The position numbers and the translations under genes are program-made. Positions 46,530-55,910 of a DNA stretch of 64,000 nucleotides are shown here, in pieces. The notes under the pieces are model-generated. The model saw only the letters and a program-made list of their open reading frames with translations. It searched no databases and had not been told where the DNA came from. The DNA comes from Bacteroidales bacterium Bact_14 (GTDB taxonomy: Bacteria; Bacteroidota; Bacteroidia; Bacteroidales; UBA932): the NCBI GenBank assembly GCA_001602865.1, contig LUZF01000004.1, forward strand, positions 15,686 through 79,685, given 5' to 3'. Positions within the stretch are counted from its first letter, which is position 1. Every line of letters starts with the position of its first letter.

Positions 46530-49455
46530 ATTCCCGGAGTTTGTTTAATCTCATTTTCACATTGTCGAGGACGTCGTCCGCGGTGCCGCGCTGCGGCTCG
46601 TAGCCGTTCAGCACGCTCTCGAAGGTGGCTCTCGCCTGGCGGATGTTGTCCTTCTCCATAAAGCTGTCACCCAGCACGATGAACGCCTTGGCGAGCCAGT
46701 AGGACTGGTTCCCGGCGTTCTCGGCGAACTTGTAGACGAGGCTCTCCACGTCGTCGAAGTTGCCCTGGTCGTAGGTATCCTGGATGATCCGGTAAGAGGC
46801 CTCGGCGCCCTCGGGCGTCGCAGGCGAGGCGCTCAGGCTGCGGAAGAGGGCGAAGGCGGCCTCGCGCTGGCTCGTGGCCAGGTAGGACATCGCGCGGATG
46901 TAGTCCGCCTCGCGCTTCAGCGCCTCGTCGGCGCGGTTGTCCGCCCCGACCGTTTCGGCGCACTTGATCGCGCTGGCATAGCTCAGCGCACGGTAGGCGG
47001 ACCGCATCATCCCCACCTCGGCGGTGAAGCGGTTGCCTTCCAGCTGGGCGGCGTCCAGCAGCGAGGAATAGGCGCCGTAGGCGTCCTTGTAATGCTCGAG
47101 CGCATAGGACAGGTTCGCGAAGTTCAGCATCGCGAGTTCGGCGTAGGAGCCGTCCCGGGCGATCTCCACGACCCTGGCGTAGAGGTCGCAGGCCTTCTCC
47201 TTCTTGCCGAGCTGCTTGTAGCATTCCGCCTCGTAGTAATAGGCCTGGGCGAGCTTTTCGCCCTGCGGGTACTCGGCGATGTAGCGGTCGAGGGCCGTGA
47301 GGGCCTTCTCGTAGTTCCCGGCGAGGAAGAGCTGCTCGGCGGAATTGAAGTAGATGGCCTCCTTCTCGGTGTCGCTCTTGCGCACCGGGTTCTTCAGGCC
47401 GGCCAGGTAGGCGATGTACTGGTCAGGCTCGCCCTTGCCCTGGTAGATGGCCTCGACGGCGAGCAGCGCGTCTTCGGCGTACGGGCTCTGCGGGAAGCGC
47501 TCCAGCACCTGCTTGTAGAAGCCGAGGGCCTCGTCGTAGTCGGAGCGGTTGCGGGTGATCATACCCAGTTCGATGAGCGCGCGGGCCACGTAGGTCTCGT
47601 CGTTCGCGCTGGCCTTGAGGGTCTGGAAGACCGTGTAGGCGTCATTGTCGCGCTTCGCTTCGACGTAGGTGCGTCCGAGCTCATACATCGTCTCCTCGAA
47701 GTAGGGCGCCTCGAGCGTCGCGCGCTTCACGTGCGAGAGGGCGTCGATCTTGGCGGCGGTGTTGCCCTGGAGGCCATAGGCCAGGCCCATCTGGTAGTAC
47801 GGGTAGAGGTTGTTGGGATCGCTGAACTCATCGGCCGCCTTCTTGTAGGAGTCCACGGCGGCCTTGTAGTCCTTGCGGATGAAGTCGCAGTCGGCACGGC
47901 GCAGGGCGGCGTCCAGCCGGCGTTCCCCGTCGCCGGAGGCGAGGTAGACGTCGAACCATTTCGCAGCCCCGGCATAGTCGCCGGCCTGGTAGCAGGTGTA
48001 GCCCAGGTTGTACGGAAGGATGCGGCCTTCGGTCATGTTGTCCAGCGCGGACTGGTTGTAGAGGTCCGTGAAGGTGTTCACGGCCTCGTTGTAGTTCTCC
48101 GTCTGGTAATAGGTCTCGCCGAGCCAGTAGCGGGCGAGCTTGTTGAAGTTGTCCTGGCGGCCGGTGAAGAAGGTGGCGGCCCGCAGGTACGGGATCGCGT
48201 CGCGCCAGGAGCCGGCCTCGATGAGCTGGTTCGCACGGAGGTAGTTGGCCTTCATATAGTTGGCCTTCATCCCGGCGTCGAGTTCGTCGATGTTGTCATA
48301 TGCCTCGACGGCGCCGGCGTAATCGTGGTTGTACAGGGCCGTGAGGGCGATGTAGCCGTAGATCTGGTCGTTCTTCTCGCCGGAGGCGTAACGCTCCAGG
48401 TAGGAGGAGAAGACCGAGGCGTCGTGGTTGAGGTCGAAGGCGAGCTTGGCGTAGTTGAACCAGGCGTCCTCGCGGATGGCGGGGTCATAGTCCACGGCCG
48501 CCGCGTCGCGGAAGGCGCCGAGCGCGGAGACCTTGTTCTTGGTCTTGATGTAGGCGTTGCCGAGCTCGTAGTTGGCGATCTGGCCGATGCTGTCGGTGCG
48601 CATCTGCATCATCGTGAAGTTGCTGATCGCGTCCTGGTAGTCGCCGAGGGCGTACTGGAGCGAGCCGGCGTAGAAGAGGTCCGCGCGGCTCAGGGCCGTG
48701 CTCTGGAGGGCGTCGCGGTCGAAGTATTCCTTCGCCTTGCCGGCGTCCCCAAGGACCAGGTAGGATTCGGAGATGATGCGCGCGAGATGGGCGCGGCGCT
48801 CGGCCGGGACGGTCGCGTAGACCGCTTCCCCGTTCGCGGTGACATAGGCGTAGTCCTTCTCCATAAAGCGGCACTCCAGCATATAGTAGGCTGCGTTCTC
48901 GGCGAAACGGGAATCGTGCGAGGAGCGCTCCAGCCATTCGAAGGCCTCGTGGAAATTGTTCTCGGTATAGTTGATGTAGCCGATGGCGTAGCGGGCGGCG
49001 GCGGTGAAATCCGACTGCGGGAGACGCTCCACCGCCCGGAAGCCGGCCTTCGCCTCCGCGTCGTTGCCGAGGGCGAAGTCGCTGTAGGCGGACTTGTACA
49101 GGGCGTCTGTGGCATCCTTGCGCGACACGCCGCGCTTGCCGACCGCCAGCAGCTCCTGCTTCGCCCGGGCATACTCGCCCGCGTCGAAGAGCTTGACCCC
49201 GTTGAGGTAGTGGATCCGGGCTGAAAGGGACGTGCGGCCATACTTGGCCTCGTAGGCCTCGATGGCCTCCTGGCAGTCTTCCGCGCCGGTCTGGAGGTCG
49301 CAGAGGATGATATATCCCTCGCTGACGGGGCTCGCCTGCTCCGTCGCGACGGTTTCGAAGATTCCGCGGGCCCTTTCATACATTCCGCTGTCGTACAGGG
49401 CGATGGCCTGCATCAGCAGGGCGGAGACGGAAATGGCCAATATTCTCAATTTCAT
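46519..49455 (-). CDS. large tetratricopeptide-repeat protein
   Basis: Many Y.LG..Y.....Y..A repeats and C-terminal YWLAKAFIVLGD. Overlaps the barrel gene start by 11 nt. Confidence 0.9.
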   Translation of the reverse strand: MKLRILAISVSALLMQAIALYDSGMYERARGIFETVATEQASPVSEGYIILCDLQTGAEDCQEAIEAYEAKYGRTSLSARIHYLNGVKLFDAGEYARAKQELLAVGKRGVSRKDATDALYKSAYSDFALGNDAEAKAGFRAVERLPQSDFTAAARYAIGYINYTENNFHEAFEWLERSSHDSRFAENAAYYMLECRFMEKDYAYVTANGEAVYATVPAERRAHLARIISESYLVLGDAGKAKEYFDRDALQSTALSRADLFYAGSLQYALGDYQDAISNFTMMQMRTDSIGQIANYELGNAYIKTKNKVSALGAFRDAAAVDYDPAIREDAWFNYAKLAFDLNHDASVFSSYLERYASGEKNDQIYGYIALTALYNHDYAGAVEAYDNIDELDAGMKANYMKANYLRANQLIEAGSWRDAIPYLRAATFFTGRQDNFNKLARYWLGETYYQTENYNEAVNTFTDLYNQSALDNMTEGRILPYNLGYTCYQAGDYAGAAKWFDVYLASGDGERRLDAALRRADCDFIRKDYKAAVDSYKKAADEFSDPNNLYPYYQMGLAYGLQGNTAAKIDALSHVKRATLEAPYFEETMYELGRTYVEAKRDNDAYTVFQTLKASANDETYVARALIELGMITRNRSDYDEALGFYKQVLERFPQSPYAEDALLAVEAIYQGKGEPDQYIAYLAGLKNPVRKSDTEKEAIYFNSAEQLFLAGNYEKALTALDRYIAEYPQGEKLAQAYYYEAECYKQLGKKEKACDLYARVVEIARDGSYAELAMLNFANLSYALEHYKDAYGAYSSLLDAAQLEGNRFTAEVGMMRSAYRALSYASAIKCAETVGADNRADEALKREADYIRAMSYLATSQREAAFALFRSLSASPATPEGAEASYRIIQDTYDQGNFDDVESLVYKFAENAGNQSYWLAKAFIVLGDSFMEKDNIRQARATFESVLNGYEPQRGTADDVLDNVKMRLNKLREYEQ

Positions 49456-49544
49456 AGGAACCGGTATTTATCTTTTCTAAAACTTACAAATTTACGTATT
49501 TTTCTCGCTATATTTGTTTCCAGCGTTTACAAATCTTGATATTT

Positions 49545-50255
49545 ATGAGCGGGCAGCCCATCATTTCCTTCCGGCAGGCAGACATCATCAATGGCGAGGA
49601 GACCGTCATCTTCGGCCTCGACATGGACATCTTCCCCGGCGACTTCGCCTACATCGTGGGACGCGTCGGCACGGGAAAAACCTCCATAATCCGTACCATA
49701 ATCGCAGAAAATCCCCTGCGTGCGGGCGAAGGAACCGTTTGCGGGATGAATCTCAAGGAATTACGGGAGAAGGAAATTCCTTTCCTGCGGCGCAAACTGG
49801 GCGTCGTCTTCCAGGATTTCCAGCTGCTGATGGACCGCAGCGTGGAGGACAACCTCGCGTTCGTCCTGAAAGCTACGGGCTGGAAGGACCGCGCCGCCGC
49901 CGACAAACGCATCCGCGAAGTCCTCGACGCCGTCGGGATGGGTACCAAGGCCCACAAGATGCCCCACCAGCTCTCCGGCGGCGAGCAGCAGCGCATCGCG
50001 ATCGCGCGCTCCCTGCTGAATAGCCCGGAAGTCATCATCGCCGACGAGCCGACCGGCAACCTCGACAACGAGACCGCCGACGGCATCATGCAGCTCCTGA
50101 CCCGCATCAACAAGGAAGACGGGACCGCCGTCGTGATGGTGACCCACAACCGCAGCATCTTCGAGAAATACCCGGGCCGCGTCTTCGTCTGCAAGGACGA
50201 AAGCTGCCACGAGGCCGGCGGCGGGGAAGGCATCGACCTCCAGCGTACGATATGA
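49545..50255 (+). CDS. FtsE-like ABC ATP-binding protein
   Basis: GRVGTGKT, LRRKLGVVFQDFQLL, LSGGEQQR, ADEPTGNLD. Confidence 0.88.
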   Translation: MSGQPIISFRQADIINGEETVIFGLDMDIFPGDFAYIVGRVGTGKTSIIRTIIAENPLRAGEGTVCGMNLKELREKEIPFLRRKLGVVFQDFQLLMDRSVEDNLAFVLKATGWKDRAAADKRIREVLDAVGMGTKAHKMPHQLSGGEQQRIAIARSLLNSPEVIIADEPTGNLDNETADGIMQLLTRINKEDGTAVVMVTHNRSIFEKYPGRVFVCKDESCHEAGGGEGIDLQRTI

Positions 50256-50899
50256 CCCGGCTCGAGACGAAATTCCGCCGCATCCTGGATTATTTCCGCG
50301 CCGAAATGCCGGTCGCGGAGACCGAACTCCGCTACGGCAGCCCATTCCAGCTGCTGATCGCCGTCATCCTCTCCGCGCAGTGCACGGACAAGCGAGTCAA
50401 CCTCGTGACCCCTCCCCTCTTCGCACGTTTTCCGGACCCGGAAAGCCTGGCGGAGGCCTCGTTCGACGACCTTTTCAGCTATGTCAAGTCCGTCTCCTAT
50501 CCCAACAGCAAGACCCGCCACCTGCTCGGGATGGCCCGGATGCTCCTCGACGAATACGGCGGGCAGGTTCCCTCGGACATCGACGCCCTGATGGCGCTCC
50601 CGGGGGTCGGCCGCAAGACCGCCAACGTCATCGCCTCCGTCGTTTATGACCAGCCGGTCATCGCGGTCGACACCCACGTCTTCCGCGTCTCCCACCGCCT
50701 CGGCCTCTCCGAAGGCCGGACGCCGGAAGCGGTCGAGCGCGACCTGGAAGCCCACGTCCCGCCGCAGGACCGCCCGACGGCCCACCACTGGCTCATCCTC
50801 CACGGCCGCTATACGTGCACAGCCCGCAATCCGAAATGTGCGGACTGCGGGCTGCAGCTGTGGTGCGACCACTATCTGGCGGAGCACACTAAAGTTTAA
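50252..50899 (+). CDS. nth: endonuclease III
   Basis: LSAQCTD, LPGVGRKTA (HhH), VDTHV, C-x6-C-x2-C-x5-C Fe-S motif. Confidence 0.96.
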   Translation: MTRLETKFRRILDYFRAEMPVAETELRYGSPFQLLIAVILSAQCTDKRVNLVTPPLFARFPDPESLAEASFDDLFSYVKSVSYPNSKTRHLLGMARMLLDEYGGQVPSDIDALMALPGVGRKTANVIASVVYDQPVIAVDTHVFRVSHRLGLSEGRTPEAVERDLEAHVPPQDRPTAHHWLILHGRYTCTARNPKCADCGLQLWCDHYLAEHTKV

Positions 50900-53027
50900 C
50901 TTCCACCTGCTTCAGGTCGCTCAGATCGGAGCTCTTACCGTAGTAAATCACATAATTGCCGGCCGTGGCTTCCATCTTTCCGGTCTTCTCGTTGAAGGTC
51001 CGGAAGCTCAGTTCCGTCAGCGGGATGCTGACCTCGACCGTCTGCCCGGCGGGAATATGGACGCGGCGGAATCCGCGCAGCGCGCGCTGCGGGCCTTCCA
51101 CATCCTCCACCTTCCGGATGTAGACCTGCACGACCTCGTCGCCGTCCACCGAACCGGTGTTGCTGACGGGGACCTTGAGTTCCATATTCATCAGGTTCTT
51201 CTTCCCCTTGCCGCGTACCAGCGTCGCATCGCCGTAGGCAAAGGTCGTATAGCTCAGGCCGTAGCCGAACGCGAAGAGCGGCTTCTCCCGGAGGTAGCGG
51301 TAGGTCCTGCCGGCCATGTCATAATCGTGGAAATCCGGCAGCTGGGCGTCGTTGCGGTAGAAGGTCACCGGCAGGCGTCCGGCCGGGTTGTAGTCGCCGA
51401 ACAGCACGTCCGCGACCGCCTGGCCGCCTTCCTGCCCGCCGTACCAGGCCTGCAGGATCGCGTCGCAGCTCTGCGTCTCCGGCTCCAGCGCCACGGCGGA
51501 GCCCGACATATTCACGAAAATCACCGGCTTGCCGGTCTTCCGCAGGAGCTTCAGCATTTCCCGCTGGATCGCCGGAAGCTCGATCGTGGTCCGGTCGCCG
51601 CCGGAGAAGCCCTCGTAGCTGACGCGCATCTCCTCGCCTTCCAGGCGCGGGGAAATGCCGCCCACGAAGATGTAGGCATCCACGCCCGCCGGCGTCGCCA
51701 TCAGGCTGCTCGCCGGGTCGACGTAGAAGACATTGCGGGCGCCGACCTTCTCCCGGATGGCCTCCAGGACGGTCACGGTCTTGCGCGGCGTACCGTTGTA
51801 GTTGCCCCAGAGCACCGTCGAGTCGGCGGCGTTCGGGCCCAGTACGGCGTAACGCGCCCCTTCCTTCGCCAGCGGAAGCACGCCGCCGCGGTTCTGCAGG
51901 AGGGTCATCGTCTCGCGCGCCATCTTCAGCGCGACGGCGTCGTGCTCGTCGCAGGCCAGCTTCGAGACGGGAATGCTGTTCCAGCTCACAAGCGCGTCGT
52001 CATCCATTTCTCCCAGTTCGAAGCGCGCCTTCAGCAGGCGGGTCACGGAGACATCGATCTCCGATTCCTTGATCTTGCCCTGCTGTACGGCGTCGAGCAG
52101 CGCCTTGTAGGAGGAGCCGCACTCGAGGTCCGTACCGGTCAGCACGGCCTTCGCGGTCGCGGAGGCCGGGTCGTTCGGATAGACGTTGTGGTGGCCTGCG
52201 GTGAAGAAGTCGTTGATGGCCCAGCAGTCGCTCACGACGATGCCCTTGTAGCCCCAGTCGCGGCGGAGGAGCTGGATCAGGAGTTTGTCGCTGCCGCAGC
52301 AGGGATCGCCCTCGAAGCGGTTGTAGGCGCACATCACCTCCTTGACCTCGGTCGTCTTCACGAGGTTCTCAAAGGCATAGAGGTAGGTCTCCATCAGGTC
52401 GCGGTAGGAAACGTCCGTAGCGTCGAAAACGTGGCGCTCCGACTCCGGGCCGCTGTGGACGGCGAAGTGCTTCAGGCAGGCGTGGAGCTTGTCGTATTTC
52501 TCGCCGGAGCCCGTGCCCTGCAGGCCGTTCACGACGGCATAACCCATCCGCATCGTCAGGTACGGGTCCTCGCCGTAGGTCTCCTGGCCGCGGCCCCAGC
52601 GCGGGTCGCGGAAGATGTTGATGTTCGGGGTCCAGACGGTCAGGCCGTGGTAGCGGGCCACGTTGTCCTCCTGGCGGGCCAGGATGTACTTGATGCGGTG
52701 CTCCGTGCTGGCGATGTCGTAGACCTGCTGCAGCAGGGCGTCGTCGAAACTCGCCGCCATGCCGATCACCTGCGGGAACATCGTCGCCAGGCCGGCGCGG
52801 GCCGTGCCGTGAAGGGCTTCGTTCCACCAGTTGTACTTCCGGATCCCGAACTCCGGGACGGCCTGGCTCTGGTCCATCATCAGGGTCACCTTCTGTTCGA
52901 GGTTCAGCCGGCTGACGAGGTCCTTCGCCCGTTTTTCAGGGGACAGGGAGGGATTCTGGTACGGGAGTACCTGCGCGGAAAGCAGCAGCGGCAGCAGCAG
53001 CGCCGCAAGCGCGATCAATCTTTTCAT
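50889..53027 (-). CDS. GH3 beta-xylosidase/glucosidase (secreted)
   Basis: WWNEALHG, RDPRWGRGQETYGEDP, KHFAVH, VSDCWA, fibronectin-III C-terminus. Confidence 0.93.
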   Translation of the reverse strand: MKRLIALAALLLPLLLSAQVLPYQNPSLSPEKRAKDLVSRLNLEQKVTLMMDQSQAVPEFGIRKYNWWNEALHGTARAGLATMFPQVIGMAASFDDALLQQVYDIASTEHRIKYILARQEDNVARYHGLTVWTPNINIFRDPRWGRGQETYGEDPYLTMRMGYAVVNGLQGTGSGEKYDKLHACLKHFAVHSGPESERHVFDATDVSYRDLMETYLYAFENLVKTTEVKEVMCAYNRFEGDPCCGSDKLLIQLLRRDWGYKGIVVSDCWAINDFFTAGHHNVYPNDPASATAKAVLTGTDLECGSSYKALLDAVQQGKIKESEIDVSVTRLLKARFELGEMDDDALVSWNSIPVSKLACDEHDAVALKMARETMTLLQNRGGVLPLAKEGARYAVLGPNAADSTVLWGNYNGTPRKTVTVLEAIREKVGARNVFYVDPASSLMATPAGVDAYIFVGGISPRLEGEEMRVSYEGFSGGDRTTIELPAIQREMLKLLRKTGKPVIFVNMSGSAVALEPETQSCDAILQAWYGGQEGGQAVADVLFGDYNPAGRLPVTFYRNDAQLPDFHDYDMAGRTYRYLREKPLFAFGYGLSYTTFAYGDATLVRGKGKKNLMNMELKVPVSNTGSVDGDEVVQVYIRKVEDVEGPQRALRGFRRVHIPAGQTVEVSIPLTELSFRTFNEKTGKMEATAGNYVIYYGKSSDLSDLKQVEVKL

Positions 53028-53118
53028 ATCGGTTTATGGTTAGTGGTTATTCATCCGTGGTCATTACAAATTTAATGATTTTTTATATATTTGTTCAAAA
53101 CATACTAACCACAGACTT

Positions 53119-54777
53119 ATGGCTGACTACAAAGTTGTTGCAAACCAGTGGCTCACAGGGGATTTCGATGAGGCCACGAAAGCAGAGGTACGCAGGCTCG
53201 CGGCGGAAGACCCGACCGGCCTGGAAGATGCGTTCTACAAGAATCTGGAATTCGGCACCGGCGGCCTGCGCGGCCTGATGGGTGTCGGTACCAACCGGAT
53301 GAACAAATACACGGTCGGTATGGCGACCCAGGGCCTGGCGAATTACCTGAAGGCCCACGTGGAAGGCCCGATGTCGGTCTGCGTCTCATTCGACAGCCGC
53401 AACAACAGCCGCGACTTCGCCCGCATCACAGCCGAAGTCTTCGCCGCCAACGGGATCAAGGTCTACCTCTTCGACGACATCCGCCCGACGCCGGAGCTCA
53501 GCTACGCGATCCGCCTCAAGGGCGCGACCGCCGGCGTGATGGTGACCGCCTCCCACAACCCGAAGGAATACAACGGCTACAAGGCTTTCTGGAGCGACGG
53601 CGGCCAGATCACGTCCCCCGTCGATACCGACATCGTCGAGGAAGTCAGCCACATCACCGACCCGTCGATGGTCCGTTTCGTCCCCGGCCCGGACGCCGCC
53701 CCGATCGAGATGATGGGCGCCGAAGTCGACGAGTGCTACCTGCGCGACATCCTTTCGCTGATGCTCTCCCCCGAAGCCCGCGCCGCCTGCCCGGACCTCA
53801 AGTTCGTCTATACCCCGCTGCACGGCTGCGGCGTCCGCCTCGTGCCGGAATGCCTCCGCCGCCTCGGCTTCAAGCACGTCTACCACGTCCCCGAGCAGGA
53901 CGTCAATGACGGCAACTTCCCGACCGTCGTCTCCCCCAACCCGGAGGAATCCGCCGCGCTGAAGATGGCGATCGACGTCGCCGAACGCGAAGGCGCCGAC
54001 GTCGTGATGGCGACGGACCCGGACGCCGACCGGATGGGCATCGCCGTGCGCGACGACCAGGGCCGGATGGTCCTGATGAACGGCAACCAGACCGCCTCCC
54101 TGCTGACCTGGTACATCCTGACCCGCTGGAAGGAACTCGGCAAGCTCGACGGGACCAAGTACGTCGTCAAGACCATCGTCACGTCCGAACTCATCACCGA
54201 AATCTGCGCCTCCTTCGGCGTCCCCGTCTATAATGTACTGACCGGCTTCAAGTACATCGCCGAGATCGTGAAGCGCAACGAGGCGACCGGCGAGTTCATC
54301 TGCGGCGGCGAGGAGAGCTACGGCTTCAACGTGGGCCAGTTCGTCCGCGACAAGGACGCCCAGATCGCCTGCTCGATGGTGGCGGAATGCGCCGCCTGGG
54401 CCGCCACGCAGGGGATGACGCTCTATACCCTCCTCCAGAAGATCTATGCGCAGTACGGCTACCGCAAGGAAGGCCTGGTGTCCCTGGTCCGCAAGGGCAA
54501 GACCGGCGCCGAGGAGATCCGCCAGATCATGGCCGACTTCCGTACGACCCCGCCGGCCGAGATGTGCGGCTCCCCCGTCTGCAAGGTCATCGACTATCTC
54601 GAGCCCGAAAAGACCGGCCAGCCGAAATCCAACGTCCTCCAGTTCTTCAACGAGGCCGGCGACGTGGTCTCCATCCGCCCGTCCGGCACGGAGCCGAAGA
54701 TCAAGTTCTACTTCGGTGCCAAGGGCGCCGACGCGGACGACAAGATCGCCCGCCTGAAAGCGCAGTTCGTCAAATAG
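53119..54777 (+). CDS. phosphoglucomutase / phospho-sugar mutase
   Basis: FGTGGLRG, TASHNP, DPDADR, GEESYG, RPSGTEPK. Confidence 0.93.
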   Translation: MADYKVVANQWLTGDFDEATKAEVRRLAAEDPTGLEDAFYKNLEFGTGGLRGLMGVGTNRMNKYTVGMATQGLANYLKAHVEGPMSVCVSFDSRNNSRDFARITAEVFAANGIKVYLFDDIRPTPELSYAIRLKGATAGVMVTASHNPKEYNGYKAFWSDGGQITSPVDTDIVEEVSHITDPSMVRFVPGPDAAPIEMMGAEVDECYLRDILSLMLSPEARAACPDLKFVYTPLHGCGVRLVPECLRRLGFKHVYHVPEQDVNDGNFPTVVSPNPEESAALKMAIDVAEREGADVVMATDPDADRMGIAVRDDQGRMVLMNGNQTASLLTWYILTRWKELGKLDGTKYVVKTIVTSELITEICASFGVPVYNVLTGFKYIAEIVKRNEATGEFICGGEESYGFNVGQFVRDKDAQIACSMVAECAAWAATQGMTLYTLLQKIYAQYGYRKEGLVSLVRKGKTGAEEIRQIMADFRTTPPAEMCGSPVCKVIDYLEPEKTGQPKSNVLQFFNEAGDVVSIRPSGTEPKIKFYFGAKGADADDKIARLKAQFVK

Positions 54778-54782
54778 CTTTT

Positions 54783-55910
54783 ATGAAGAAGTCCTTCGCA
54801 GACATCCTGCAGGATTTCGATTCCGTCCAGAAGCGCAAGCTCGCGACCAAAGTTCCCGAATGGGCGGACACCGAAGGCCTGCAGACCGTATCTTCCCTCG
54901 CGCTCGAGCAATGCAGCTCGAGCGCGACCGCCCGATACAAGGCCGCCCTCGCCGCCCGCATCATCGGCGAGCGGAAACGCCCCTGCATCGCCGACCTGAC
55001 CGGCGGCCTGGGCGTGGACAGCTGGTCGTTCAGCCAGGTCGTGCCGAAGGTCGTCTACAACGAGCTCAACACCAAGCTCGCCGACGCCGCCCGGGAGAAT
55101 TTCAAGCTCCTGGGCTGCGGCAACATCAGCGTCTCGAACACCGACGCGCTGATCTGCCTGTCCTCGCTCGGCCAGGTGGACCTCGTGTACCTCGACCCGT
55201 CCCGGCGTGACAAAGCCGGGAAGAAGGTGTTCCTGCTGGAGGACTGCGAGCCCAACATCCTGGAAATCAAGCACCTGCTCTTCTCCTACTGCCCGAATGT
55301 CCTGCTGAAGCTCTCCCCGATGGCGGACATCAGCCTCGTCGCGGAACGCCTCGGGATGTGCCTGCGGGAGGTACACGTCGTCGGGGCCGACGGCGAATGC
55401 AAGGAGCTGCTCTGCTGGCTGGAAAAGACCCACCGGGGCGGCTACACCATTACGGTCGCCGACCTGCCGGAGGCTTCCTTCACCTTCCGCGCGGCGGACG
55501 AAGCCGCCGCGGAGCCCCGCTTCGCCGCGAATGCGGACGAACTGGCCGGCAAGTTTGTCAACATCCCCGGCGCCGTCGCCCTGAAGGCCGGCTGCGCGAA
55601 CCTGCTCTGCCAGCGCAACGGCTGGATCCGCCTCGGCCGCCACACCAGCATCTACGTCTCCGACAGCGGCAGTTTCCGCATCGAGGAGGTGCTCCCCTTC
55701 AGCAATCCCAACATCCGCGCCCTCGGCAGGAAATACCCGTTCAGCGAGGTCACGGCCCGGAACATCCCCATCACCAGCGAGGAGCTGAAAAGGAAAATGG
55801 GTGTCGCCTCTTCGGACAACACCCATATCTATGCCTGCACCTGCGATTTCACGGACGGAAGCTCAGGGAAATACCTGATCGTCACCCACCGCGACAAGGC
55901 GCAGGAATAA
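54783..55910 (+). CDS. class I SAM-dependent methyltransferase with THUMP-like C-terminus
   Basis: LEQCSS, DLTGGLGVD, YLDPSRR, KLSPM. Start at MKKSF. Confidence 0.82.
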   Translation: MKKSFADILQDFDSVQKRKLATKVPEWADTEGLQTVSSLALEQCSSSATARYKAALAARIIGERKRPCIADLTGGLGVDSWSFSQVVPKVVYNELNTKLADAARENFKLLGCGNISVSNTDALICLSSLGQVDLVYLDPSRRDKAGKKVFLLEDCEPNILEIKHLLFSYCPNVLLKLSPMADISLVAERLGMCLREVHVVGADGECKELLCWLEKTHRGGYTITVADLPEASFTFRAADEAAAEPRFAANADELAGKFVNIPGAVALKAGCANLLCQRNGWIRLGRHTSIYVSDSGSFRIEEVLPFSNPNIRALGRKYPFSEVTARNIPITSEELKRKMGVASSDNTHIYACTCDFTDGSSGKYLIVTHRDKAQE

